From a virus: a stretch of DNA of 64,000 nt. The stretch spans positions 35,772 through 99,771 of the IMG/VR virus record IMGVR_UViG_3300017969_000006. One strand, 5' to 3'. A model generated the notes under the pieces. The model worked only from the letters and a program-made list of their open reading frames with translations, had not been told where the DNA came from and did no database searches. Below are positions 1-9,769 of the stretch, one piece after another. The translations under genes were made by a program, and so were the position numbers. Each line of letters begins with the position of its first letter. Positions within the stretch are counted from its first letter, which is position 1.

Positions 1-934
1 TCACGTCATAAATGATATTGATTGTGCATGAAACTTCGATAGGTGTGTAGTTGTAAACCCCGATATAAAGTCCTGCAATTGACCGATTAGTCACATCTAA
101 TTGAATGTCGTAAAGTTCCGCATTAGTGAGCGTTCGATCGATTCCATAAACAAAAACTGACGCATATCCCGGTGCGTTAGGAGCAACAAAATCTAAACCA
201 CCACCTGCATCGCCGTTGGTTAGATCATAAACCTTGGCTTGGGAAACATTGGAATATTGCGTCACGATATGTGATCGCATTTGTTCAGTTGTTGCGAATG
301 ATGCTGACAAAGCCCGAATAGCCGTCGTGCATCTCGCCAAGTAGGTGATGTCTGTTTCGGCATTCGTTCCATTGGAAAAATCAGCGAGAGCACTAACATC
401 ACCAAGTTCAGGGATAACAGTTTGACAAACAAACTCCGCTCCTTCAGGAACCAAAGGATGAATTCCAGTCAGAGTCGAAAGCACTTCAACTTCAACATAA
501 TGCAGAGGATCTGTCTCCGTTTGATTTGCGCCTCTCAGAATTGCAATTGCATCAGTGTTTTCATAAGTGAACGATTGATCATCACCCGCAACACTGATTG
601 TGTAACTGAAGGTTGTTCCTGCTGGGATATAAACATCTACAAACTCGCCAGCAAACAAACGCAATGTGACAGAAGCCCTAGTGCCCTCATCGCGGTATAC
701 CCCAAGTATGCGGGCAACACCTTCCATAATTCTCGGCGGTAGGCGATTGATCGCTGCCGTATTTAGCGTTGTCATGTATGACATTGCTTGGAAAATTGCA
801 TCGTCAACCGTTCCTTGACGCAAGGTAAAATCAGGAAGAGTTAAGCGGGCAAGTTCGATTGCGCCAAAGTAAACGTCAACCGGATTAACATCGTAGGGAG
901 TGAGATCTACGTACTCCGAAAAATCTGATGGCAT
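1..934 (-). CDS. Baseplate J-like wedge protein (runs off left edge; not in ORF track)
   Basis: Manual translation from ATG 934: MPSDFSEYVDLTPYD...AINRLPPRIMEGVARILGV...IPAGT...NGTNAETDITYLAR...APGYASVFV; open to window edge; baseplate J-type motifs and position after gp25-like gene. Confidence 0.8.
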   Translation of the reverse strand, partial: MPSDFSEYVDLTPYDVNPVDVYFGAIELARLTLPDFTLRQGTVDDAIFQAMSYMTTLNTAAINRLPPRIMEGVARILGVYRDEGTRASVTLRLFAGEFVDVYIPAGTTFSYTISVAGDDQSFTYENTDAIAILRGANQTETDPLHYVEVEVLSTLTGIHPLVPEGAEFVCQTVIPELGDVSALADFSNGTNAETDITYLARCTTAIRALSASFATTEQMRSHIVTQYSNVSQAKVYDLTNGDAGGGLDFVAPNAPGYASVFVYGIDRTLTNAELYDIQLDVTNRSIAGLYIGVYNYTPIEVSCTINIIYDV

Positions 935-937
935 ACG

Positions 938-1240
938 TCATCGTCTCCTGAACGAAAAGTTGACAATGTTTTCACCCTCGTCGTTGATTGCTGATTCAAC
1001 TGATTCAATTTCAACCTCAGGCACAAAACGTGAAGCGTGCAAGACAAATGCACCTTTTTCGACACCGTTAAATGTTGGATCCCAGATACCAAAATCGGGA
1101 GTCAAGGGGAGCGACTGTGGCTCCGTCAAGGTGCAAATAGACAACAACTGCTTGTAATAGTCGTCAGTACCATCGACATCTCTCACAAGGCCATTGGCAT
1201 CAAATTGTAAAGGGAACTTCATTGCGTCCATAATTACCAC
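938..1240 (-). CDS. gp25-like baseplate wedge / sheath initiator
   Basis: 100 aa, FPLQF...TEPQSLPLTPDFGIWDP pattern; lies between spike and baseplate J. Confidence 0.65.
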   Translation of the reverse strand: MVIMDAMKFPLQFDANGLVRDVDGTDDYYKQLLSICTLTEPQSLPLTPDFGIWDPTFNGVEKGAFVLHASRFVPEVEIESVESAINDEGENIVNFSFRRR

Positions 1241-1253
1241 CGTAACAATTCTA

Positions 1254-1670
1254 TCAATGATAACCCTGAAGGGTGCTTACCTGCGATTGAAGGGTACTTA
1301 CCTGCGATTGCAGGGTGCTTACCTGCGACTGAAGGGTGCTTACCTGCGACTCCAGAGCGTCTATTCGATTATCCAGCGATGCAGCGTAGGTTTGCAGTGC
1401 AAATACGTCATACGACCTATCCAACGCGCCAATTACAACAAGATTGTTTTTATTATGGTCAATAAACGCGCAAAGGACCCGCTCATTGACCTTCAGTGGT
1501 TGCTTCGGTGTAGAAAACACAACCGAACAATCCGTGATAGTGATACCAAGCATGGGAACCTTAACTGCGACACGACGCGTAGATCCGACATGCGTGACAG
1601 TGCCGATATAAATACCGCCACCCGGTTCCGGATGGGAGGCACCACTAGCAGCAGAAACAAAACCAGCCAT
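1254..1670 (-). CDS. Baseplate spike (gpV-like OB fold) with C-terminal coiled coil
   Basis: IYIGTVTHV...VAVKVP...PLKVNERVLCAF OB-fold pattern; heptad QVSTLQS repeats. Confidence 0.6.
   Translation of the reverse strand: MAGFVSAASGASHPEPGGGIYIGTVTHVGSTRRVAVKVPMLGITITDCSVVFSTPKQPLKVNERVLCAFIDHNKNNLVVIGALDRSYDVFALQTYAASLDNRIDALESQVSTLQSQVSTLQSQVSTLQSQVSTLQGYH
1267..1350. repeat. 4 x 21-bp tandem repeat (TGAAGGGTGCTTACCTGCGAY) encoding heptad SQVSTLQ on the minus strand
   Basis: Units at 1267, 1288, 1309 and 1330 with 1-2 substitutions. Confidence 0.95.
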
Positions 1671-2761
1671 CAGTTTCCAAACCTTTCCATGTAATCAAAC
1701 ACGGACTCGAATTTCTGTCCAACAGCAAGTTGATTAATTTCTTTATCTTCACGCTCTGGTGAGCGAAATTCGATACTGACCGGGTCATTACCCAAATGCG
1801 AGTAACTCACATTACTAATAATATACGGCCCCTGCATTGTCGGATAATTTGTCACATGCACCGTCATTCCAGCACGCAATTTTGACCCAGAAGACCGTTC
1901 CAACTCAGCAGAACCTTGCACGGCAAGAGGGTCGTTGTCTGAGCGGCGAAGACTTGGCATTGAAACAAGTTTGAATGTGTCATCCGACCTGCTTGGATAA
2001 CGGATGGGGCAAACATTCATTTCCGTAGCATTTTGCATATAGGGAATAACTTCCTCTTTTGGAATATTTTGGAAGTCTGAACCCCATCTACCCAGTAAAT
2101 ATTTTTGAGAACAGAAAAACAAAACGCCTTCCGACTCAAACACGACAAACTTCGCATCAGAGGCCAGTCGCGAAAGAACATCCCAAGTCGAGTCAGCGGC
2201 ACGATCGTTAGTTGCCTTATTTATCTTTTGTGTTTTTGAAGTAGATTCTGCAACGCAATCAAGACCATAATCATGGGCAACGTTAATAACCCAGTTGTGT
2301 CCGGTTCCCTTGATGCTTGAAGGATTTTTGTCACGGCGCATCTGCTGTACAGCCTTGTTTCTCAATTCCAGCGTCCATACTGGTTCGCTTGCCGGGCCGG
2401 AAGCACAAGCAGCAGAAGCAATTTCGAGTGACATGAATTGATGTGCGGCGAGCGTTTCTGCCGCTCCGACACCGTAACCATCCATAAGTTTGAGATCTGT
2501 GAGTGTGGATGTTTTAAAATAGACATCGCGACCAATAGCAAAATAGTTCGCTCGAGCAAGTTCGAAATTTGGGTCGTGAACACGAACAGTGAGTTGTGTC
2601 GCGAGATCGATTCCCATTTCAACTTGAATGTCGAGAATCGCATCCCGAATATCGCTTTTACCATCTATCAGTGTTGGGTCATCCCAAACAAGGTCGGTTC
2701 GTCGGTCGACGAACTCGGCAGTACCACTAGACGTCCAATAATCGCTGTAAACATCACTCAT
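1670..2761 (-). CDS. Baseplate hub (gpD/gp27-like)
   Basis: QLTVRVHDP, STWDVLSRLASDAKFVVFESEGVLFF, LRAGMTVHV...GPYIISNVSY; synteny. Confidence 0.7.
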   Translation of the reverse strand: MSDVYSDYWTSSGTAEFVDRRTDLVWDDPTLIDGKSDIRDAILDIQVEMGIDLATQLTVRVHDPNFELARANYFAIGRDVYFKTSTLTDLKLMDGYGVGAAETLAAHQFMSLEIASAACASGPASEPVWTLELRNKAVQQMRRDKNPSSIKGTGHNWVINVAHDYGLDCVAESTSKTQKINKATNDRAADSTWDVLSRLASDAKFVVFESEGVLFFCSQKYLLGRWGSDFQNIPKEEVIPYMQNATEMNVCPIRYPSRSDDTFKLVSMPSLRRSDNDPLAVQGSAELERSSGSKLRAGMTVHVTNYPTMQGPYIISNVSYSHLGNDPVSIEFRSPEREDKEINQLAVGQKFESVFDYMERFGN

Positions 2762-4308
2762 ACCGGAGTAGCCAGACCGCTAATCAAATTTACATCAAAA
2801 TTCTTCCCTGCTCCATCAACACCGGAACTGAACAACGGAGCAGAGCCTTGGTCGCTGCTGGTGGGTTTCTTGATTGCCGGCACAGGAATAGAGAACTTCG
2901 GCATTGAAAATTTTACAACTGTCAATTTTTCGATCGGGATTTCCCTTAACGTCAAACGAATTGTTGCCGCTGTGATTTCGCGACTTTGAGAATTCATTGA
3001 CCGCCGCAGTGATGTCACCTGCATGTCGGTAATAACGAACTCCATCGGCTTCCCCGTCTCGGCAGCACGTTTCAACTGGATACGGAACATGTCATCCAAG
3101 TTAAACACTGAAACAGGGGCACGTCGTTGCGACATGCGACGCAATGTATCGATGCGTGCTTGAACACTATTGAAGATGCCATCAGGCACAGTGGCACCGC
3201 CTTGTTCAACTCGATCCTCAGCGACTGTAAATTCCATTTCGGCTTGCATGAGGCTCCAGCCAGCCCATTCAACAAGTGGATAGTTCCCCTGACGATCAAT
3301 ATCCACCCATTCTGAACCCAGACCAGAATAACTAATAGTATTCGGAACATAAGGGAAGTAGAAAATATCTTGACGCGACTCTGAACGTTTCCCACCCGAA
3401 ACCGTAGTGTCGGTAACGTATTCAGTGTAAGTCTGAATAATTTGGGGTCGTAGATCCGGCGCTTTGTCGGGGGGAGCAGAGTAACCAAAAGGCGCTTTAA
3501 TAGTCACTTTTCTCGTAGCGGGCGTAGGCGCAATGGCATCCCGTGCAGGACTATTCGATGGACCAGTCTGCCTAGAACCCGAAGGACTACTCGCGTTGCC
3601 GCTCTGACGTTTTACTGACTCGCCAGTAATCGACTGAGACGGGTCAAAATACCAACGAATATACGCATCTGTATATCCAGCGTTCTTCAATGCTTCTTCC
3701 GCTTTACCCTTCAAAGACGCAATTGCGCCATGTAGCGCATAACTGCTAGAGAAATCCGACGATTCAAGAGAACTGATTTGTCGGCGCACACCGTTTGTAA
3801 TACGATCCATTTCAGAACGCGTGTTACTAAGTTGATCAGACAGACGATCATCAGATGAAGTTGCTATCGCATACGGGGTCATGCTTGGAGACGAAAGATT
3901 CGCACCATTTGAAGTTGTTGACGAAGCGTACGCCTGTTCTCTCTGAACTTGAGCAATCCATGCATCTTTTTGAAACGTCGTTTTGACCTTATATTGCGGG
4001 TTGTATCCGTAGATTTTTGAACCAACCTTGTAATGAGACGCAGACGAGCCCGCTGGCCAAACCCATTTAGCGTAGGTTTTAGTGTAATTACTAATGCTGT
4101 ACGGGTTATCAGGGTGTCCGGGCCCTAAAGTTTTCGTGTACGTTTCACTCTTCGCTTTGCCCCACAGGCGTTGAACGTAATAGGTGTTTCCGACTTTCTG
4201 TAAACCCCAGTAAGATTCAACCCGATACATAGTGTCTTGGTAACACAACGTGCCGGTTTCGTTCCGAACCGTATAAGCAATATTTACAGGCCAGTTTTCG
4301 CCACTCAT
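2758..4308 (-). CDS. Tail tube initiator-like baseplate protein with N-terminal extension
   Basis: C-terminal FYFPYVPNTISYS...WVDIDRQG..PL...FVITDMQV...ATIRLTLRE; directly after tape measure. Confidence 0.5.
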   Translation of the reverse strand: MSGENWPVNIAYTVRNETGTLCYQDTMYRVESYWGLQKVGNTYYVQRLWGKAKSETYTKTLGPGHPDNPYSISNYTKTYAKWVWPAGSSASHYKVGSKIYGYNPQYKVKTTFQKDAWIAQVQREQAYASSTTSNGANLSSPSMTPYAIATSSDDRLSDQLSNTRSEMDRITNGVRRQISSLESSDFSSSYALHGAIASLKGKAEEALKNAGYTDAYIRWYFDPSQSITGESVKRQSGNASSPSGSRQTGPSNSPARDAIAPTPATRKVTIKAPFGYSAPPDKAPDLRPQIIQTYTEYVTDTTVSGGKRSESRQDIFYFPYVPNTISYSGLGSEWVDIDRQGNYPLVEWAGWSLMQAEMEFTVAEDRVEQGGATVPDGIFNSVQARIDTLRRMSQRRAPVSVFNLDDMFRIQLKRAAETGKPMEFVITDMQVTSLRRSMNSQSREITAATIRLTLREIPIEKLTVVKFSMPKFSIPVPAIKKPTSSDQGSAPLFSSGVDGAGKNFDVNLISGLATPV

Positions 4309-7300
4309 CGCCGCTCCCTATCAGACTGCTCGCGTGCTTTAATTCGAGACATCACAGTGTCAGCAATAAGTTGCGGATCTGCTCCAGAACCATTCACGTT
4401 AATCGTGTAGTTGTACGTCATATTTCCAGCAGTAGACCCCATGGTGGCCGGCGAGGAAGAGTCACCGGTGTTCGGTACCGCATGCAAATGACGAGAACCA
4501 GCGGAACCATGGAACTCCGCAAAACCGCCGCCGTTTTCAATCATTTGTTTGTACTGACCGAGGTTGTCTCCGATCAGGTCGAGAGCACCGCCCTTAATGT
4601 GGTCAGAACTTGGGCTTCCGAGATTGAAATTGCGCCAACCAGATGTCACAATTTGTTTGCCGTTAATCATCGATGACAGCGAACGGTGTGCCGCCATGGT
4701 GCGACCAAATCGTCCAGAAGCAGTGTCACCCCTCGGCGAGGAAGTATCCGAAGAACCTCCTGTGCTTGGAGGTGTCGTCGTCGTCGGGTCTGTCTCAATA
4801 CCCAAGTCGGCGAGAGCATCATTCATCGCTTTCGTCAACCTACCCAACTGCGAAATGAATTCATCAGTCTGACCTTCAAGGCTCTTGCCCGTATCCTCAA
4901 TCTCGTTAATCATGATGTCAAGACCATACGATTTGAGAATGGCTTCAATTTCAGACTGCGACTTACCCTCAAAAATGTCGCCCGTGATACCCTCAGCCAA
5001 TCTTCGAACACCAGCCGATCCCAAAGCCGAATAGCGGCCTTCAAAGTTGGTTCCTTGAGCAACGGAGAATCCTGCATTTCTCAATACGCTCTGAATTTGC
5101 TCGGTAACCATACTGTTATCAGCAATACTTCCTGTACCAATGGTATCGAGGAACTGAGCAATAGGCCCAAAACTGCGAAGAGCACCCTCCATTCCCTCCA
5201 GAGTTCTGCCTTGACCAAACGCTGCGCCGCCACGACCAAACTGTCTCGTGAACTCCTGATTGGCACGGAAAACGTCGCCGCCATACAACGACACCAACGA
5301 GTCGTAAATCGCTGTGAGTTGCTCTCCGATATCTGCTGATGTGAGAGAGCCCTCGGAATTCATCTCAACCAGAGCGCGAGCCGCCTCGTCCATAATCAAC
5401 GGTGCGTTCTCTGCCTCAATTGACTTATTTAGTTGCGCAAAAACATCGGACGCTTCGTCAGCCATAGCGCCTTGCAACTGCTGATATGACTGAATCATGT
5501 TTTGCGTCAAGGAAGCAATCATGTCCGACGTTTTCGCTGTAGCGTCATACAGATTGGTACCAGTTTCATGAGCGAGACTAATAATTTGGTCTTCAGTCAT
5601 ATGAAGCGCATCTCGCAGACCGCTCATCCGGTCGTTATATGTTGAATCTGCGAAATCAATCGCATCAACAAATGCCTCAACCTGCGGAGTCAGTTTTTCT
5701 AACGCCTCTTTAGGTTTTTCCATCATCTCGGCTAATTGTTCCGTCGAGATTTCAAGACCAAGCGCTCGACGGTTATCGTAAATATTTTGGATTTGCTCTT
5801 TTCGATATGCGTCATCTATATTGGCACCACGACGATTCAAGAGAAGACCCATGCCGGCTGCTCCAAGGGGGCCACCCAGCAGATAACCGCCACCCATCAG
5901 AGCCGCACCTTTTAAGCCCCCGACGCCACCCATGCTCTTTCGATTCGGGTCACCCTTAATAGCCTGTCGTGAACTGGCAGCAACCTTTCGCAACTCATCA
6001 ACATTGAAGACCGAACCAAGATTGCCACTCACCGCAGCAAGTTCTTTAGCCGTTGAACCCTTCAAACCCGCGAGTGCCTCAGAGAACATCGACGATCCGA
6101 TTTCCTCACCGGCTTCCCGTGCCGCATCTTTCTTCGCATTGTTTTTATTCCAAAACGACTTGACGCCACCCACAACACCACCGGCAATGGCACCAATAAT
6201 CGCTCCATGAATACCGAACTGTGCGCCCATCGCGGCACCACCGGCGGCACCACCCAAAGTTCCGACAACAGAATTCTCTGCCGTAAGAGCAGTTCCCAAA
6301 CCGGCGACACCGAGACCCATCAACGGATTAAATCCAGCAACCATCGAACCCAACGCCATTGCACCCTGAGTTTCCTCAGGCATAAATTGGCTCGCAATAC
6401 CTAAGCCAGCCATGGTACCCATGCGGGCCGTGCCGGAATTATTGAAACGACCCACGCCCTCCATGAAACGCTGCCTCGTCGGAGTTCCCGTTCGCCACGA
6501 ACGTGGACCATACTGGCCGGAGAAACGTTGCAGGGCGCTCGGCCCAGCCCATACTGGGCTTCCAGCCATGTACCCGCTCGCACCCGGAGTACCAAGGCCA
6601 CGATTGTATTGCTGTGCGGCACGCAACCCCGACATACCGCCGTTGCGGTACGCGCTATAGAGGCTTTGACGCTGAGCCGCTGTCCCTGCAACAGGAGGAG
6701 GCAACATTCCCCCGCTCGTTTGGCTACGCATCCCGTTTGCCGGACCCGGATACAACTGTCCGCCAGCAGTACCACCGGTAACATTAACAACACCAGCATT
6801 AACATTCATGGTCCCAGTGTTCTTCGGGACAAAACCACCTTTGGTGTTTTTCATGGAACGGAACATGATGCCCGCACCCATCAGCAACCCGAACGCACCG
6901 AAACCATCACCCATGCCACCGAAAATGCTGGCAGATGCTTTGAAAACCTGACCAAGTGCACTGACGATCTGTTTTACGCCCTCAAGGATTTTATTGACAA
7001 ACGGAAGTGCTTTGAAGAACAACTCACGTGACACATCCATGATTTCGCCGAACTTGGCGAGGATTGCCCCAACCTTGGTGCCAAATTCTTCAAGGTTTTC
7101 CCTATTGTCTTGAATCATCTCATTGAGAGATCCGAACCCTTCACGGAATCTATCAATGACAGGCATAAAGATGTTTTTCAACATCTGCTCTAAAACTCGT
7201 GCGCCTTCAATTAACGGCCGGAGCGACTCCTTAATATTATTCCAGCCTTTAGTAAACCTTTCCCAACGGTCAGCCATCCGTTGCATCATTCCGGTTGCTC

Positions 7301-8453
7301 GAGGCAAGTAGTCGCGAATCAACATGACAAAAATGTCGGAAAGTTTCTCGGCGAAACCACCCACACTGTCAATAAATGGTCCGTTGCCGAAACGGATCAA
7401 TTCGCCTTGGACTCTACGGAATGCGTTCTCGAAAGTATTAAGAACTTCTCGGGTGACTTCCTTCAGGGGTTTCAAAAACTGTTGACCGAAGTCAGCGAAG
7501 TTATTTTGGATCTCAGTGAAACCACCCTTAAGCACACTAACCAACGTGCTATTCACAGCCCCAAACTGGCCTTCAACACCGCCAAGAACAGCAAGGTTTC
7601 CTGAAAGAATTGCCTCTTTCAATTCTTCAGCCGTATTGATGCCCTGCTTTTTCGCTTCCTCCATGGCTTTTTTCATCTCAGGCCCGAGCGCTTCAGCCGC
7701 TTTAGTAATTTCACCAAACGACTTCTTCGGATCCTGCAACAAACCAATAAACTCGCCGGCGGCTTTTACGCCTTGCTCGAGTGGCTGGCCAGCAGAAGCA
7801 AAATCCATCAAACCTTTAAGGAGATTTTGTGATCCACGAGTGAAGGTGGAATTCTTAGACACCGCAGCATATGCGGCATTCAAATTCTTCAGACCAACAG
7901 AAGCAAGTGCGGTATCGGTATGCAAGCCGCGCATCACGACTCGTACCTGATTCAGGTTGCTACCGAACTCACCAAACCCTGAATTGCGTCCCTTGTAGGC
8001 ATGCATTGCTGCTGTTTGTTCACGCATGGCGGCAGCAACGGCAGCAATTGCGACAGCGGCAGCAGCGGCACCGGCGGCAACAACATTAAGCATTGCATGA
8101 TACGCCCTACCTAACAGGTTGCCAGCCTTAAAAAGGGCATGAACGCCAATCATTGCAGCACCCATCAGCGCAAATTCGGCGACTGTTGCTTTCAACATGA
8201 GGCCCAGTCCCTTAAGGGAGACCTTGCCAAACATCGCAACCATTTTGTCTACGGAGTCAAAATGTCTCTTCCACGATTTGGTGATGTTCGTGAGCCGCTT
8301 ATTTACAGCGTCGTTGTAACCCTTGGAAAAAGCATTCAACTTAGCCTGAGTTGCTGTGGCAGCAGCACCGATCTGAAGAAGACCATTACGAACTTTTCGG
8401 AGTTGGCGTTCCCCAATTGCCCCAATTTTAATTCGTAGTGATGCTTGTTCCAT
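4305..8453 (-). CDS. Tape measure protein with C-terminal M15/LAS-type peptidase motif
   Basis: 1382 aa, Ala/Gly-rich and helical; follows tail chaperone; C-terminal TSGWR...SDHIKGGALD...HLH. Confidence 0.85.
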   Translation of the reverse strand: MEQASLRIKIGAIGERQLRKVRNGLLQIGAAATATQAKLNAFSKGYNDAVNKRLTNITKSWKRHFDSVDKMVAMFGKVSLKGLGLMLKATVAEFALMGAAMIGVHALFKAGNLLGRAYHAMLNVVAAGAAAAAVAIAAVAAAMREQTAAMHAYKGRNSGFGEFGSNLNQVRVVMRGLHTDTALASVGLKNLNAAYAAVSKNSTFTRGSQNLLKGLMDFASAGQPLEQGVKAAGEFIGLLQDPKKSFGEITKAAEALGPEMKKAMEEAKKQGINTAEELKEAILSGNLAVLGGVEGQFGAVNSTLVSVLKGGFTEIQNNFADFGQQFLKPLKEVTREVLNTFENAFRRVQGELIRFGNGPFIDSVGGFAEKLSDIFVMLIRDYLPRATGMMQRMADRWERFTKGWNNIKESLRPLIEGARVLEQMLKNIFMPVIDRFREGFGSLNEMIQDNRENLEEFGTKVGAILAKFGEIMDVSRELFFKALPFVNKILEGVKQIVSALGQVFKASASIFGGMGDGFGAFGLLMGAGIMFRSMKNTKGGFVPKNTGTMNVNAGVVNVTGGTAGGQLYPGPANGMRSQTSGGMLPPPVAGTAAQRQSLYSAYRNGGMSGLRAAQQYNRGLGTPGASGYMAGSPVWAGPSALQRFSGQYGPRSWRTGTPTRQRFMEGVGRFNNSGTARMGTMAGLGIASQFMPEETQGAMALGSMVAGFNPLMGLGVAGLGTALTAENSVVGTLGGAAGGAAMGAQFGIHGAIIGAIAGGVVGGVKSFWNKNNAKKDAAREAGEEIGSSMFSEALAGLKGSTAKELAAVSGNLGSVFNVDELRKVAASSRQAIKGDPNRKSMGGVGGLKGAALMGGGYLLGGPLGAAGMGLLLNRRGANIDDAYRKEQIQNIYDNRRALGLEISTEQLAEMMEKPKEALEKLTPQVEAFVDAIDFADSTYNDRMSGLRDALHMTEDQIISLAHETGTNLYDATAKTSDMIASLTQNMIQSYQQLQGAMADEASDVFAQLNKSIEAENAPLIMDEAARALVEMNSEGSLTSADIGEQLTAIYDSLVSLYGGDVFRANQEFTRQFGRGGAAFGQGRTLEGMEGALRSFGPIAQFLDTIGTGSIADNSMVTEQIQSVLRNAGFSVAQGTNFEGRYSALGSAGVRRLAEGITGDIFEGKSQSEIEAILKSYGLDIMINEIEDTGKSLEGQTDEFISQLGRLTKAMNDALADLGIETDPTTTTPPSTGGSSDTSSPRGDTASGRFGRTMAAHRSLSSMINGKQIVTSGWRNFNLGSPSSDHIKGGALDLIGDNLGQYKQMIENGGGFAEFHGSAGSRHLHAVPNTGDSSSPATMGSTAGNMTYNYTINVNGSGADPQLIADTVMSRIKAREQSDRERR

Positions 8454-8471
8454 TGGGCTGAACCCCTACAA

Positions 8472-8675
8472 CTAAGACCGATTTTGTCGTGCTTTTCGCT
8501 CCTGTTCCTCACGGTCGCGCTCTATAACTTTAGCACAGGCCATAAGTAGTACCCATTCGTCATCGTCAAGGGCGAGCAAATCCAAAGGATTTGTTCCCCA
8601 TAACTCTCCTAGTCGAGCCGAAGAAATCACATAGGAATCTTCGGTTAATTCATCTAGGAGTCCTTCGTAGGGTCC
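8472..8675 (-). CDS. Tail assembly chaperone C-terminal extension (gpGT-like), -1 frame, no obvious own start
   Basis: -1 frame relative to 8654..9175 reads GPYEGLLDELTEDSYVISSARLGELWGTNPLDLLALDDDEWVLLMACAKVIERDREEQERKARQNRS*. Confidence 0.65.
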   Translation of the reverse strand, partial: GPYEGLLDELTEDSYVISSARLGELWGTNPLDLLALDDDEWVLLMACAKVIERDREEQERKARQNRS

Positions 8676-9175
8676 ACAGCATCTACGGTCTCCCCATATC
8701 CAGCGGCCTCAAGGATAGCGAGTGCCGCAGCCTCTACGTGGGGATCAGTGTGGAAAAAAGCCATAACGGCGTCTGGTACAGGACGGGTACAGTCCGTAGA
8801 TGCAAGTATATCAGCGGAGGCAAAGTTGAGTGGGAAGCCATTCTCATCGAATACTTCTTCCTCATCCATTTCAATGCCGATAGTCGTGTGCCCGACCACG
8901 TAAGCAGCAAACTTGGTTGGGTCCATTCCGTTACGAGTGTCCTCGCCAGCGTTGCGACGCCAAGCCTTCATCTGCTTCTGCGTGATGTTCGGACTGATCT
9001 TCAGGGCAACACCCGGACGATCAGGAACTTCCAAGATGACTTCAGGTCGCGTTACCTTCGCTGAAATCTTCTCTTTCAACCTGTCGAGAGGTGATTCAAC
9101 CTTGCTTGAGCCAGCCGCCTTTGCCGGAGCCGGATCATCAGGGGTGTCGTTGTCAATATACAGTGAGTCGCTCAT
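8654..9175 (-). CDS. Tail assembly chaperone (gpG-like)
   Basis: 173 aa acidic protein between tube and tape measure, ending ...VDPTKDS. Confidence 0.7.
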   Translation of the reverse strand: MSDSLYIDNDTPDDPAPAKAAGSSKVESPLDRLKEKISAKVTRPEVILEVPDRPGVALKISPNITQKQMKAWRRNAGEDTRNGMDPTKFAAYVVGHTTIGIEMDEEEVFDENGFPLNFASADILASTDCTRPVPDAVMAFFHTDPHVEAAALAILEAAGYGETVDAVDPTKDS

Positions 9176-9224
9176 GGTTCGTCAACCTAGCACAGTCAGC
9201 GCGATTTTGGCGCAACAATGCAAC

Positions 9225-9253
9225 GCGGCCCACCCCATTTCGGGATGAGCCGC
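9225..9253 (-). terminator. Hairpin terminator after tail tube gene
   Basis: Minus strand GCGGCUCAUCCC-GAAAU-GGGGUGGGCCGC, 12-bp stem whose G-U pairs form only on the minus strand, followed by GUUGCAUUGUU. Confidence 0.65.
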
Positions 9254-9287
9254 AAAGCCGTAAAACCTAGGTTTTATCGAGTTTTTA

Positions 9288-9752
9288 TCAGGATGCAGAG
9301 TTCACATTCTGAATAGCAAACGTCAGAGCGAAAGTCGCCGGAGCGCCAGATGACGAGTCACCCTCAGGCTCCGTGATTCCGACAAGCAGAGCGTTCGAGT
9401 AGACGCGGTCGGTGCCGATCACCTCGATGTCGCAGTCGTACGTTTTCACGTTGACGTTGTAGTACGCCTGACCGACGAGCGGACGCAACTGGGCCAACTT
9501 GCGGGCAAGACCGGCGGCTCCGTCACTCTCGGTGTAGTCATCGTCGTAATGAGCGGTGAGCGTAATGTCACCAATCTCGAACGGCGCGCAAAGAACCGTA
9601 GGGAACTTCGCTCCACCTTCATAGATTTTCTCAACCGACGCCGTGATCTCACCGCCGGACACCTGAGCGAAACGAAAGCCCTCCCACTTGGGGTGGTTCG
9701 TATCAACTGGTGCGATATCGGCGAGGATCTGTCGCTGTGAAGTTTTGGCCAT
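9288..9752 (-). CDS. Tail tube protein
   Basis: 154 aa directly after sheath; FAQVSGGEITA...EGDSSSGAPATFALTF. Confidence 0.8.
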   Translation of the reverse strand: MAKTSQRQILADIAPVDTNHPKWEGFRFAQVSGGEITASVEKIYEGGAKFPTVLCAPFEIGDITLTAHYDDDYTESDGAAGLARKLAQLRPLVGQAYYNVNVKTYDCDIEVIGTDRVYSNALLVGITEPEGDSSSGAPATFALTFAIQNVNSAS

Positions 9753-9769
9753 CTGTCATTCTCCCTTGG

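Noticed and set aside
1194-1694. Plus-strand ORF with LKGAYLR repeats; 21-bp repeat as a possible mini-CRISPR
   Set aside because: The repeat is contiguous with no spacers and is explained by the minus-strand heptad coiled coil.
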